Assembly: GCA_030834985.1 (NCBI GenBank)
Contig: JAUQWV010000001.1
Coordinates: forward strand, 192,680-256,679
From: Candidatus Dojkabacteria bacterium
Lineage (GTDB): Bacteria; Patescibacteriota; Dojkabacteria; J137
DNA: 64,000 nucleotides
Reading direction: 5' to 3'
Shown here in pieces: positions 9,236 through 19,428 of the stretch (positions within the stretch are counted from its first letter, which is position 1; each line of letters begins with the position of its first letter). A model generated the notes under the pieces. The model searched no databases. It saw only the letters and a list, made by a program, of their open reading frames with translations, and was not told the origin of the DNA. Made by a program: the position numbers and the translations under genes.

Positions 9236-12200
9236 TGTCCAGTGTAACTTTCTTCGGTCTTTGCAATTTCTTCAGGTGTACCTTCTGCGATAATATAGCC
9301 GCCTTTTTGGCCGCCTTCCGGTCCTAAATCTATTATCCAATCTGCAGTTTTTATTAAATCAAGATTATGTTCAATTACTAATACACTGTTTCCTTTAGCT
9401 ACAAGACCATGTAGAACTATTAAGAGTTTACGAACGTCTTCAAAATGTAATCCTGTAGTCGGTTCGTCTAATATATATAACGTTTTACCTGTTGATCTTT
9501 TTGATAGTTCAGAAGCAAGCTTAACTCTTTGTGATTCTCCCCCTGATAAAGTAGTTGCACCTTGACCAAGTCTAATATATCCAAGACCAACATCTTCTAA
9601 TGTTTTTAACTTACTTGAAATAGCTGTAATATTTTCAAAAAATTTAACACCTTCTTCTACTGTCATATCTAGTACTTCTGATATGTTCTTACCTTTGTAA
9701 TCAATTTGTAATGTTTCTCGATTATATCTATGGCCACCACAGACTTCACAAGTTACATAAACATCTGGCAAGAATTGCATTGAGATTTTAATTACACCAG
9801 CTCCTTCACATTTTTCACACCTTCCACCTTTTACGTTAAAGCTGAACCTTCCTGGTTTGTACCCTCTAACTTTAGCTTCTTTTGTTTGAGCAAAGATATC
9901 TCTAATTACATTAAATATTCCTGTATATGTTGCGGGATTAGACCGTGGAGTTCTACCAATTGGGGATTGATCTATATCTATAACTTTATCGATATTTTCA
10001 ATACCACGCATTTCACCATATTCACCTGGATTATCTTTTGCTCCATATAATTGTTTTGCTAAGGATTTATACAAAACATCATTAATTAAAGATGATTTAC
10101 CAGAGCCTGAAACACCAGTTACACATACAAATTTTCCTAATGGTATTTCTAAGTCGATTCCTTTTAAATTATGATGTGTTACATTTTTAACAACCAGTTT
10201 ACCTTTTCCATTTTTAGTTCCATTAGAGCCATTTAAAGCATTTAGCTTTTTAAGTTGGTTATAAATCAACTCTTTACTGATCCTTACCTGGCCACTTAAG
10301 TATTTACCTGTAATAGAATCTTTGGCAGCAATAATATCTTCAACATTACCTTCAGCGATTACCTGTCCGCCATGCTCACCAGCTCCGGGACCAATATCTA
10401 TAACATGGTCAGCTTTTCTTATAGTATCTTCATCGTGCTCTACAACAATAACAGTATTTCCTATCTCCTTTAGTTTTTCTAAAGTATTAATAAGTTTTTC
10501 GTTATCTCTTTGATGTAATCCGATTGAAGGTTCGTCTAACACATACAAAACACCTGTTAATCCGGTACCTATCTGACTTGCTAATCTGATTCTTTGTGAT
10601 TCACCGCCTGATAATGTTCTAGCAGTTCTATTAAGGGTTAGATAGTCTAATCCAACTGAAACTAAAAAGTTTAATCTGGTAGATATTTCTTTAAAGATTT
10701 GCTTTCCAATTTCTTTTTCAGATTCAGAAACATCATCTTCTGCTGGTTTTAGAGAGGTCAGATTAAATAACTCGTGTAAAGTGGATTTTTCTACAGTATC
10801 GCTGTCTTTAGCAGCTTCTTTAAAACCATTAATCCAATCTAAGCTTTGAGAGATCGACATGTTACCGACATCTACAATATTTAAGCCTCTAATTGTTACA
10901 GCTAGCGCTTCTTTCTTCAATCTATAACCCTTACATTCGTTACATTGGCGTTCAATCATATATTGTTCGATTTCGCCTTTAATGTAGTCTGAATCACTTT
11001 CATTATATCTTCGCATTAAGTTAGGGATTACACCTTCAAAATGAGTTTCAATTGACCTTTCCTGGCCATACATATTAGTGTACTTTACCTTGTATTCCTT
11101 ATTTCCTGTTCCATAAAGCACCATATTTAGCTTTTCAGGTTCCAATTCTCCTATAGGTGCCTTAAGTGAGATTTTTTCGGCGCTTGCCATAGCTTCTAGC
11201 AAGTTATAGCTGTAGGAATCTTCATTTTCGATAACACGAGCCCATGGGTAAATTCCGCCTTCAGCGATAGTTAATCGTGGATTATAGATATTTGATGGAT
11301 CAATCTCTTTAATACTACCTAACCCATTGCATACAGGGCAAGCGCCAAAAGGTGAATTAAAAGAGAACGAGTGCGGCTCAACTTCGGGAAATGATTGCCC
11401 AGTTTCTGGATCTACTAGCTTTTCAGAATAGAAAATATCACCATTACTTTCAACTTTGGCACCGGATTTAGCAAGCTGAAGGTCTTTTGCATCAACTAAA
11501 TTGATTAAAACTTCCCCATTTCCTAAGTTTAAAGATAATTCAATAGAATCTGTAACACGTTTTAGAAGCGCCTCGTCTGACTTAGAGTCTTTTTTAATAA
11601 CAAGTCTATCAACAACTAATTCAATATTATGTTTAACAAATTTATCTAGCTTAATGTCTTCTTCTAAAGAGTAGACTTGGCCATCAACTCTAACTCTTGC
11701 GTATCCTTGACTTAAAAATCTAGTAAAAAGCTCTTCATAGGTACCTTTTCTGGCTTTGATTAAAGGAGCTAAAACTAAGATTTTTATCTCTTTAGGTTCT
11801 GCAGTGTCCTTATTAAATTTCTCAAAATATGTAAAAATATCGTCAACAATCTGTTGAACTGTCTGTTTTTCTAGCCTTCTTCCTGTAACTGGACTGCGTG
11901 GGTGTCCAACTCTAGCATATAAAAGTCTTAGGTAGTCGTATATCTCTGTTACAGTACCTACCGTAGATCTAGGGTTGTGTCCTGTACTTTTTTGATCAAT
12001 AGAAATTGCAGGTGATAATCCTTCAATTGTGTCAACATCTGGCTTATCCATTAATCCTAAAAACTGTCTTGCATACGCAGATAAGCTTTCTACATACTTT
12101 CTTTGGCCTTCAGCATAAATAGTATCAAAAGCTAAAGATGATTTGCCAGAGCCCGAAAGGCCAGTAATTACGGTTAATTTATCTTTAGGAATATCTAAGT

Positions 12201-12252
12201 TAATGTTTTTTAAATTGTTGGTTCTTGCACCTCGAATTTTAATTTGCTCCAT
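9214..12252 (-). CDS. uvrA: Excinuclease ABC subunit A
   Basis: Duplicated ABC ATPase modules ([28 protein letters not shown]), LSGGE signatures and zinc-finger cysteines. Length is 1012 aa. Confidence 0.95.
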   Translation of the reverse strand: MEQIKIRGARTNNLKNINLDIPKDKLTVITGLSGSGKSSLAFDTIYAEGQRKYVESLSAYARQFLGLMDKPDVDTIEGLSPAISIDQKSTGHNPRSTVGTVTEIYDYLRLLYARVGHPRSPVTGRRLEKQTVQQIVDDIFTYFEKFNKDTAEPKEIKILVLAPLIKARKGTYEELFTRFLSQGYARVRVDGQVYSLEEDIKLDKFVKHNIELVVDRLVIKKDSKSDEALLKRVTDSIELSLNLGNGEVLINLVDAKDLQLAKSGAKVESNGDIFYSEKLVDPETGQSFPEVEPHSFSFNSPFGACPVCNGLGSIKEIDPSNIYNPRLTIAEGGIYPWARVIENEDSYSYNLLEAMASAEKISLKAPIGELEPEKLNMVLYGTGNKEYKVKYTNMYGQERSIETHFEGVIPNLMRRYNESDSDYIKGEIEQYMIERQCNECKGYRLKKEALAVTIRGLNIVDVGNMSISQSLDWINGFKEAAKDSDTVEKSTLHELFNLTSLKPAEDDVSESEKEIGKQIFKEISTRLNFLVSVGLDYLTLNRTARTLSGGESQRIRLASQIGTGLTGVLYVLDEPSIGLHQRDNEKLINTLEKLKEIGNTVIVVEHDEDTIRKADHVIDIGPGAGEHGGQVIAEGNVEDIIAAKDSITGKYLSGQVRISKELIYNQLKKLNALNGSNGTKNGKGKLVVKNVTHHNLKGIDLEIPLGKFVCVTGVSGSGKSSLINDVLYKSLAKQLYGAKDNPGEYGEMRGIENIDKVIDIDQSPIGRTPRSNPATYTGIFNVIRDIFAQTKEAKVRGYKPGRFSFNVKGGRCEKCEGAGVIKISMQFLPDVYVTCEVCGGHRYNRETLQIDYKGKNISEVLDMTVEEGVKFFENITAISSKLKTLEDVGLGYIRLGQGATTLSGGESQRVKLASELSKRSTGKTLYILDEPTTGLHFEDVRKLLIVLHGLVAKGNSVLVIEHNLDLIKTADWIIDLGPEGGQKGGYIIAEGTPEEIAKTEESYTGQWLRKVL

Positions 12253-12387
12253 TAGAATAGGGCTAAAAATAGTTAAACCTCTTATTATAACTCTAAAACC
12301 CTATTTTAAGTAGGTATACGGACTATAAGCCCTTTTGAGCACGCTTAAAATCAGATTAAATGTTAAAATATATCCTATATTATTTTT

Positions 12388-13485
12388 ATGGATTCAATTA
12401 ACAATACTAACAAGACAGTCTTTGTGGGCCTTTCGGGCGGAGTTGACTCTGCCGTATCTGCATGCCTTTTAAAAGAACAAGGCTATCACGTTGTCGGTAT
12501 TTTTATGAAAAATTGGTCTGGAGATGATTATGGCTTACAGGCGGATTGCCCTTGGGAAGTTGACCAAGCTGATGCAGAGGCCGTTTGCAAGACTATAGGC
12601 ATTGAATTTAGATCATTTAACTTTGAAAAAGAATATCGAGCAAAGGTTGTAGAATACTTTTTTAATGAATATCAAAAGGGTAGAACTCCAAATCCGGATG
12701 TAATGTGTAACAAAGAGATCAAATTTAAGCTATTTTTAGAAAAAGCTTTAGAAATGGGCGCAGATTATATTGCTACCGGTCATTATGCTATTAAACAGTA
12801 CGATGCTAAGGGCAATCCGCACTTATTCAAAGGAGCTGATTCAAATAAAGATCAGACATATTTTTTGTATAACTTAACAAGTGAACAGCTAAGTAGAACG
12901 CTGTTTCCTGTCGGCAATTTGGAAAAGTCTCAGGTCCGAAAGCTTGCACAACAATACAAATTGCCGAATGCCAACAAGCCAGATAGTCAAGGTATATGCT
13001 TTATAGGCGAAATTAATGTATTGAAATTTTTAATGAAAAGAATTCCTGAAAAGCCAGGAGATATTTTGGATATAGATACAAAAGCTAAAGTTGGTACTCA
13101 TAAAGGTATTTATTTTTATACAATTGGTCAAAGAGATGGCCTTGGAATTGGAGGGCAAATAGAACCTTATTATGTTGTAGATAAAGATATCGATAACAAT
13201 ATTCTGTATGTTGGACATGGGCGTGAACACCCTGCTATGCATAAAGCCGAAGTCCAATTAGAAAATTTACACTTAATCAATCCAAATTTAGAGCAAAATA
13301 TTTTACAAGATACAGATTTAAGCGCATCAGTTAGATATCGAAACCAGCCTAATCTTGGAAAGCTGATTAAAGATAATATGGAGTATAAGTTCATTTTTGA
13401 TAAACCTCAAAGAGCAATTACAAGTGGTCAAAGTCTTGTATTATATAGAGACTCAGAGTGCTTAGGTGGTGGCGTAATAGTGTAG
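12388..13485 (+). CDS. mnmA: tRNA-specific 2-thiouridylase MnmA
   Basis: PP-loop VFVGLSGGVDSAV, with cysteines CNKEIKF and CFIGE. Confidence 0.9.
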   Translation: MDSINNTNKTVFVGLSGGVDSAVSACLLKEQGYHVVGIFMKNWSGDDYGLQADCPWEVDQADAEAVCKTIGIEFRSFNFEKEYRAKVVEYFFNEYQKGRTPNPDVMCNKEIKFKLFLEKALEMGADYIATGHYAIKQYDAKGNPHLFKGADSNKDQTYFLYNLTSEQLSRTLFPVGNLEKSQVRKLAQQYKLPNANKPDSQGICFIGEINVLKFLMKRIPEKPGDILDIDTKAKVGTHKGIYFYTIGQRDGLGIGGQIEPYYVVDKDIDNNILYVGHGREHPAMHKAEVQLENLHLINPNLEQNILQDTDLSASVRYRNQPNLGKLIKDNMEYKFIFDKPQRAITSGQSLVLYRDSECLGGGVIV

Positions 13486-13496
13486 TTTTATTACTA

Positions 13497-14024
13497 CTAA
13501 TAAATTTCTGGGTTCTTAAAAGGAATTAAGGCCAAAATTACCGATACTTCGTAAAAAGATTCTCTTGTTAATAAGTCTTTTGTAAGAATACCGACTGCAC
13601 CATTCTGCTGTTTGGAGTTCTTCATTCCAAAGATTTTGTCATCAGCATCTCCCAACTCCAAACCGCCTCTAATAAGCTCAGCAACTTTAGGTGAAAGTAA
13701 GAATGTACCTGTTCTACTTTTACCCATATTTTCTTTCCCTTGAATTACTACCCAGGCAAAAGATGTCATTTCTGATCCATCATCAGAGATACCGCCTTCT
13801 ATCCCAACCCAAAAGTCTGCTTCTGGATATTGTTCTTTTGCAGCAAGGCTTCTATTATTAGCGCCATTAAAAGTTTCTTCATCCGTTTTAGGCTGGTCAG
13901 ACACACCGGAAGGAACAGAAACTCCTTCGATTTCAAACTCTTCATTAGGAAACATCTTTTTAAAACCGCCTAGTGCAGTATTTATCTTTACAGGGTTTTT
14001 TGAGGCAACAATTATCTTTTTCAT
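13497..14024 (-). CDS. Inosine/xanthosine triphosphatase (YjjX family, Maf/Ham1 superfamily)
   Basis: VASKNPVKI...GVSVPSGVSDQP..EET..GANNR...EADFWVGIEGGI matches YjjX. Confidence 0.75.
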   Translation of the reverse strand: MKKIIVASKNPVKINTALGGFKKMFPNEEFEIEGVSVPSGVSDQPKTDEETFNGANNRSLAAKEQYPEADFWVGIEGGISDDGSEMTSFAWVVIQGKENMGKSRTGTFLLSPKVAELIRGGLELGDADDKIFGMKNSKQQNGAVGILTKDLLTRESFYEVSVILALIPFKNPEIY

Positions 14025-14029
14025 ATTAA

Positions 14030-14470
14030 TTATGATTCTGAAGTAAGTAATTTTTTAAGTTCTTTTAAATATCCTATCATACTGCTTAGCTTATCCCAAT
14101 CACCTCCATCAATATTATTTTCTACTAATTGTCGAAATGCCGCTTCTAAATCTTCAGCTGAATTGGATTCTTCTATTTCAGAAATAGACGATGTGAACAT
14201 AACACCACTTACCGCCCACGAATACATTCCACTTAATTGAATTAAAATATCAACATCTTCTATACTAAGTGATAAAGTATCATCTAATATAGCCTTTATT
14301 TTCTGAATAATTATTGGTTTAAAGTACTCTTTGAAAACAACTCTAGTCTGTTCATTTTTGGCTAATTCACTAGCAGCTGAATAAAAAGTGTCGATGAATT
14401 CCTGCGAAGCCATAGCTTCTGCATTCAGCTGCTCAAGTTGCGACCTATCTATTTGGAGTGCATCTGTCAT
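14030..14470 (-). CDS. Hypothetical acidic protein
   Basis: ORF only. Stop-to-start adjacency with the YjjX-like gene. Confidence 0.45.
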   Translation of the reverse strand: MTDALQIDRSQLEQLNAEAMASQEFIDTFYSAASELAKNEQTRVVFKEYFKPIIIQKIKAILDDTLSLSIEDVDILIQLSGMYSWAVSGVMFTSSISEIEESNSAEDLEAAFRQLVENNIDGGDWDKLSSMIGYLKELKKLLTSES

Positions 14471-14526
14471 ATATTGACTTTATCACATATAATAAATTTA
14501 TTTTAACAGACGTTTGTTGAATTTTT

Positions 14527-15855
14527 ATGTTCGTTTGCTCAAATTGTCAAAAAACTTACTTAAAGTGGCAGGGTCAATGCGATAACTGTAAGCTCTGGAA
14601 TACTTTAGTTGAAACAGAAAATACATTAAGTCCTAAATCTGCATTAAAAAAAGGAAAGTCTTTTTCAAAATCTGTAACTGATATTAAACCAGTACGACTA
14701 AGTGATCTTGAAAAGGATGCTAAGATAAGATCAAAAAAGGAAATAGCATTTACAACAGGCATATATGAATTTGACAATACTATTGGTGGCAGAATTGTTC
14801 CCGGCCAAGTATTTTTATTTTCAGGAGAACCAGGTGTAGGTAAAAGTACATTATCACTGCAAATTACAGAAACATTATCTAATCTGAATTTAAATATACT
14901 CTACGTATGTGGCGAGGAATCTCCGATTCAAATTAAACATAGAGCTGACCGCTTAAAACTAAAGTTAAGAAATGTAATGTTTTTACCTGATGTGAATATG
15001 GACAGCGTTGAAACTTACATTGTTTCGCACAGAGATAAAATCGATTGTATAATTGTTGATTCTATTCAAACAATGTTTGACCCTAACATTCTTGGAAGCT
15101 CTGGGAATGTAGCACAGATTTCTGAATGTACAAACAGAATTGTTAATTTAGCTAAAGGTTACAACATTGTTACTTTTATTATTGGACATGTTACTAAGTC
15201 CGGTGATATTGCAGGTCCTAAAATTATGGAGCATATGGTTGACACTGTTTTATATCTTGAAGGAGATAAACGCTATGAATTTAGGGTTTTAAGAGTTGAA
15301 AAAAATAGATATGGAAGCAGTGATGAAGTCGGTATTTTTAGAATGACTGCCGAAGGACTTGTTGAAGTTAAAGACACTAAAGATCTCTTTAATAAGAATA
15401 AGGAAGATGCAAGCGGCTCTGTTTATGCTCTTGTTATGGAAGGAACACGTCCTGTAGTTGTAGAAGTTCAAGCGCTTGCTACAAGGAGTTATTTCTCTAA
15501 TCCCCGCAGAACAACAAGTGGCTTTGATTTAAACAGACTTTATATAATCTTGGCGATTATTGATAAGAAGCTGCATTTACATACTGGCGAATTTGATATT
15601 TATGTGAATATAACTGGAGGTATAAAGATAACAGACCCTGGATTAGATTTAGCAGTAATGCAGGCAATAGTTTCTTCTGTTAAAGATACTATTGTTCCAA
15701 AAACAAACATCTATTTTGGTGAAGTTGGTCTTACTGGCGAAATCAGAAAAGTTTTTATGGAAGATAAGCGTTTAAAAGAAGCAAAAAGACTTGAGTTTAA
15801 AAATATATATTCTTCAAACAGCTATAAAAATATTCAACAGATAGCTAAAGATTAA
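14527..15855 (+). CDS. radA: DNA repair protein RadA/Sms
   Basis: N-terminal C4 zinc finger CSNCQ..CDNC, Walker A GEPGVGKSTL, C-terminal Lon-like domain. Confidence 0.9.
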   Translation: MFVCSNCQKTYLKWQGQCDNCKLWNTLVETENTLSPKSALKKGKSFSKSVTDIKPVRLSDLEKDAKIRSKKEIAFTTGIYEFDNTIGGRIVPGQVFLFSGEPGVGKSTLSLQITETLSNLNLNILYVCGEESPIQIKHRADRLKLKLRNVMFLPDVNMDSVETYIVSHRDKIDCIIVDSIQTMFDPNILGSSGNVAQISECTNRIVNLAKGYNIVTFIIGHVTKSGDIAGPKIMEHMVDTVLYLEGDKRYEFRVLRVEKNRYGSSDEVGIFRMTAEGLVEVKDTKDLFNKNKEDASGSVYALVMEGTRPVVVEVQALATRSYFSNPRRTTSGFDLNRLYIILAIIDKKLHLHTGEFDIYVNITGGIKITDPGLDLAVMQAIVSSVKDTIVPKTNIYFGEVGLTGEIRKVFMEDKRLKEAKRLEFKNIYSSNSYKNIQQIAKD

Positions 15856-15865
15856 AATCACAAAA

Positions 15866-15907
15866 ATACTTGAAGTATGTTGGTACACTCCTATTATACT
15901 TTAAGTA
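15866..15907 (+). promoter_or_regulatory. Two copies of the palindrome ATACTT-N-AAGTAT(A) immediately upstream of umuD; putative repressor operator
   Basis: ATACTTGAAGTAT at 15866-15878 is a perfect 13-bp palindrome. TACTTTAAGTA at 15897-15907 abuts the umuD ATG. Centres are 30 bp apart. Confidence 0.45.
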
Positions 15908-16285
15908 ATGAAGATTCCTCTTTTTTTTAATACAATTAAGGCAGGATTCCCTAGCCCTGCAGAAGACTTTATAGAAGACAAGTTAAATCTAAATCACTTT
16001 TTAATTGAACACCCCGCAAGCACCTTTTTTGTAAAGGTTTCTGGCGACTCTATGATTAATGCGGGAATCCTGCCTGGCTCAATTTTAATTGTCGATAGAA
16101 GCTTAGATCCTCATAATAATTCTACTGTTGTTGCCGTTATCGATTCAGAATTCACAGTAAAAAGGTTAGGATATTTAAAGAATGAAAGGTATCTTTTTCC
16201 AGAAAATCCAAAGTATAAGCCGATAAAGTTAAAAGACTCGGATGAAATTTGGGGAGTAGTTACAGCTATTATTACACAACTATGA
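15908..16285 (+). CDS. umuD: UmuD-like S24 peptidase (Pol V accessory subunit), Ala-Gly self-cleavage site, no DNA-binding domain
   Basis: AGFPSPAEDF...HPASTFFVKVSGDSMI...EFTVKRL closely parallels E. coli UmuD (cleavage site, Ser and Lys dyad). Confidence 0.85.
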   Translation: MKIPLFFNTIKAGFPSPAEDFIEDKLNLNHFLIEHPASTFFVKVSGDSMINAGILPGSILIVDRSLDPHNNSTVVAVIDSEFTVKRLGYLKNERYLFPENPKYKPIKLKDSDEIWGVVTAIITQL

Positions 16286-17535
16286 TTGCATTGGTAGATT
16301 GTAATAACTTTTTTGCCTCGTGCGAAAGAGCTTTCAATCCTAAACTAAAAGATAAACCAGTAGTTATTTTATCTAGTAATGATGGCTGTGTAATTTCAAG
16401 ATCGAGTGAAGCTAAAAAATATATTCCAATGGGAGCTCCGGCTTATCAATATGAAGAAGAATTTAACAAACATGGTATTGCTGTTCTTTCTGCTAACTTT
16501 ACATTATATGCAGATATGTCGAATCGAATTAATAAAATAACGCGCCAATATGTTGCTGACATAGAAACTTATTCTATAGATGAGTCGTTTTTTAATTTAA
16601 AGGGGATTCCTGGAGATTATGTTGAGCGTTGCAGGGCTTTGCGCAAAGAAGTTCTAAAATCTACAGGAATCCCCGTATCAATAGGAATTGCCCCAACAAA
16701 AACACTAGCTAAGATTTGTAACCATTATGCAAAAGATAATAAAGATACGCAGGGAGTTTTTTTATGGAGCCACCTATCCAATAAAGACGAGTTTCTAAAA
16801 AAACTCCCTGTAGAACATGTATGGAACGTTGGCTACAAAATATCTAAACGATTAAACGAAAGCGGAATATATAACACCTATCAGCTAAAAACTGCTGATT
16901 ACACTTGGATCAGGAAAGCTTTTTCAGTAAATACACTTAGGACAGTAACTGAATTGAACGAAATTCCTTGTTTTGAGCTGGAGAATAGTAATGGTCCCAG
17001 AAGAAATATAATGAGTTCACAATCGTTTGGTAAATCGGTAACAACTCTTAATGAGTTAGAAGAAGCTGTTTCTACTTATACAACAAGAGCTTGGGATAAA
17101 TTAATGGAACAAAAGTCTGCTTGCGGATATGTAAGTGTTGGCATTAGAACAAGCTATCATAAAGATATGGGTTTTTATTCTAATTATTATACTCAGGCAT
17201 TAGAAGTTAGCACTTGGTACTTGCCTGATTTAATTGCAGCCGGATTAAAAGCATTAAAAAATATTTACAAACCCGGCTTTAACTATAAAAAGGCTTCTGT
17301 ATTTTTATTAGGAATCACTGCACGAGATCAAGTTAACTTAAATTTATTAAATACCGATTATAATTATAAGAAATATAATAAATTAATGAGTGTGGTTGAA
17401 AAGATTAATAATGAAAATGGTAGCGAATTTATAAAATATGCATCGGTGGGAATACAAAAGAAATGGAGAGCCAAGAGCGAAAAGCGTTCACAAGCTTATA
17501 CCACTAAGTGGAGTGAACTTCTTACAATTAATTAA
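16282..17535 (+). CDS. umuC: Y-family translesion DNA polymerase UmuC
   Basis: MIALVDCNNFFASCERAFNP..PVVILSSNDGCVISRS..YADMSNR..YSIDESF closely parallels UmuC. ATGA overlap with the umuD stop. The ORF-track start at 16249 is probably too far upstream. Confidence 0.85.
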   Translation: MIALVDCNNFFASCERAFNPKLKDKPVVILSSNDGCVISRSSEAKKYIPMGAPAYQYEEEFNKHGIAVLSANFTLYADMSNRINKITRQYVADIETYSIDESFFNLKGIPGDYVERCRALRKEVLKSTGIPVSIGIAPTKTLAKICNHYAKDNKDTQGVFLWSHLSNKDEFLKKLPVEHVWNVGYKISKRLNESGIYNTYQLKTADYTWIRKAFSVNTLRTVTELNEIPCFELENSNGPRRNIMSSQSFGKSVTTLNELEEAVSTYTTRAWDKLMEQKSACGYVSVGIRTSYHKDMGFYSNYYTQALEVSTWYLPDLIAAGLKALKNIYKPGFNYKKASVFLLGITARDQVNLNLLNTDYNYKKYNKLMSVVEKINNENGSEFIKYASVGIQKKWRAKSEKRSQAYTTKWSELLTIN

Positions 17536-17576
17536 CAACTTTGTCTTATCAACTCTTATAGTGATAGAATAACTTT

Positions 17577-19421
17577 ATGGATAATATTAAAAAGATTGAA
17601 GAGATTTCTAAATTAATACGTTACTACATTCTTTCTTCAACAACAGAAGCTACTTCTGGACATCCTACATCATCGTTATCTGCTGTTGAATTAATGGCAA
17701 CATTAATGTTTACTGGAATTTTCAGATATAAAATTGAAGATCCTGATTATTTAAATAATGATAGGCTAATTTTTTCTAAAGGACATGCTACACCACTTTA
17801 TTATGCGCTATGGGCAGTTGCTGGTGGAATAAATCCATCGGAGCTACAAAGTTTTCGCAAATTTAATAGTCCGCTTGAGGGACATCCAACTTCGAATTTT
17901 AAATTTGCGGATGCAGCTACTGGTTCATTAGGTCAAGGCTTAGGAGTTGGTGTAGGTTTAGCATTAAATGCAAAATATATAGATAAGTTACCTTATAAAA
18001 CATATGTGTTGATAGGTGACGGTGAAACAGAAGAAGGCAGCATCTGGGAATCAGTGAATATTGCAAGTCATTACAAACTAAATAATTTAGTAGCAGTTTT
18101 AGATGTTAATAGGCTTGAAGAAGTAGGCACAACAGTTTTGGAATGGGACTTGCAAACTTATAAAGCAAGATTTGAGAGCTTTGGGTGGCATACCATAGTA
18201 GTTGAAGATGGGCACAATATTGAACAAGTCGTAGCTGCATATTCAGATGCTACCAAGGTTGAAGATAAGCCAGTAATTATTATTGCCAAAACAGTTAAAG
18301 GGAAAGGAGTTAAGCATTGGGAAAATCAAATAGGCTGGCATGCTAAAGTTTTAAAGCCTGACGAGCTAGAAAAAGCTATCCCGGAGCTTGGTAAGATAGA
18401 TTTTAATCTTACAGGTGAAGTTGCTCATGCTGAAGAAGTTAGTATCGAAACAAAGCAAGAGGGCAGCTTTAATTGGACAAATTATAGTGAGAATGCAGTT
18501 ATTGCGCCAAGACAAGCCTATGGAAATGCTTTAGCTGCTCTAGCTGAAAAGTATCCTAATATGGTTGTACTTGATGCAGCACTTAAAAATTCCACTCATG
18601 CCAAAACATTTGCTGAAAAATACCCAGATAGATACTTCGAGATGTTTATTGCTGAACAAAATATGGTCAGTACTGCACAAGGATTAAGCCGTGTAAAAAA
18701 GATCCCGTTTATATCGACTTTTGCAGCTTTTTTTACAAGAGCGTTTGACCAAATTAGAATGAGTCAATATTTTGATTCAAATATAAAGTTTGTTGGATCG
18801 CATGTGGGAACATCAATCGGTATGGATGGCCCATCTCAAATGGGGCTTGAAGATATAGCTATGTTTAGGTCAATACAGAATTGTGCAATCTTATATCCGT
18901 CTGATGCGGTTTCTATGGAGCGTGCAGTATATTTAGCAGCCGAAACTCAAGGGAATGTTTATATTAGATCTACCCGACCTGAGGTGCCAATCTTGTATTC
19001 ATCAGAAGAAACTTTTAAGGTTGGAGGAAGCAAAATTGTTAGAGAAAGTGTTTATGACTCGCTAACTGTTGTAGGGGCTGGGGTAACTGTACATGAAGCT
19101 ATAAAAGCGTACGACGTCTTAAGGCAAAAAAATATAGTTATAAGAGTTGTAGATTTGTTCTCTATTAAGCCAATTGATTATGCAACACTAAATAAGTGTA
19201 TTCGAGAAACAAAAGCTATATTAGTAGTTGAGGATCATTATGCAGAAGGTGGCATTACTGAAGCAATAAGAACAGAATTAGCAAATGTAAAAACAAAAAT
19301 ATTTTCTTTAAGTATAAATAAAACTCCTCGAAGCGGTAAACCAGAAGAGCTTCTAGACTACGAAGAAATTTCTGCTAAACATATTGCTGCCAAAGTAACA
19401 GAGATACTTAACATGTTTTAA
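17577..19421 (+). CDS. tkt: Transketolase
   Basis: GHPTSSLS, TPP-binding GDGETEEG, and pyrimidine-binding and C-terminal domains in a single 614-aa chain. Confidence 0.9.
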   Translation: MDNIKKIEEISKLIRYYILSSTTEATSGHPTSSLSAVELMATLMFTGIFRYKIEDPDYLNNDRLIFSKGHATPLYYALWAVAGGINPSELQSFRKFNSPLEGHPTSNFKFADAATGSLGQGLGVGVGLALNAKYIDKLPYKTYVLIGDGETEEGSIWESVNIASHYKLNNLVAVLDVNRLEEVGTTVLEWDLQTYKARFESFGWHTIVVEDGHNIEQVVAAYSDATKVEDKPVIIIAKTVKGKGVKHWENQIGWHAKVLKPDELEKAIPELGKIDFNLTGEVAHAEEVSIETKQEGSFNWTNYSENAVIAPRQAYGNALAALAEKYPNMVVLDAALKNSTHAKTFAEKYPDRYFEMFIAEQNMVSTAQGLSRVKKIPFISTFAAFFTRAFDQIRMSQYFDSNIKFVGSHVGTSIGMDGPSQMGLEDIAMFRSIQNCAILYPSDAVSMERAVYLAAETQGNVYIRSTRPEVPILYSSEETFKVGGSKIVRESVYDSLTVVGAGVTVHEAIKAYDVLRQKNIVIRVVDLFSIKPIDYATLNKCIRETKAILVVEDHYAEGGITEAIRTELANVKTKIFSLSINKTPRSGKPEELLDYEEISAKHIAAKVTEILNMF

Positions 19422-19428
19422 TACTGAT

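Noticed and set aside
10322-15471. Antisense ORFs 10322-10513, 13030-13257, 13170-13394, 14574-14777 and 15289-15471
   Set aside because: They are shadow ORFs inside uvrA, mnmA and radA. They are Ser/Leu/Phe-rich, low-complexity translations.
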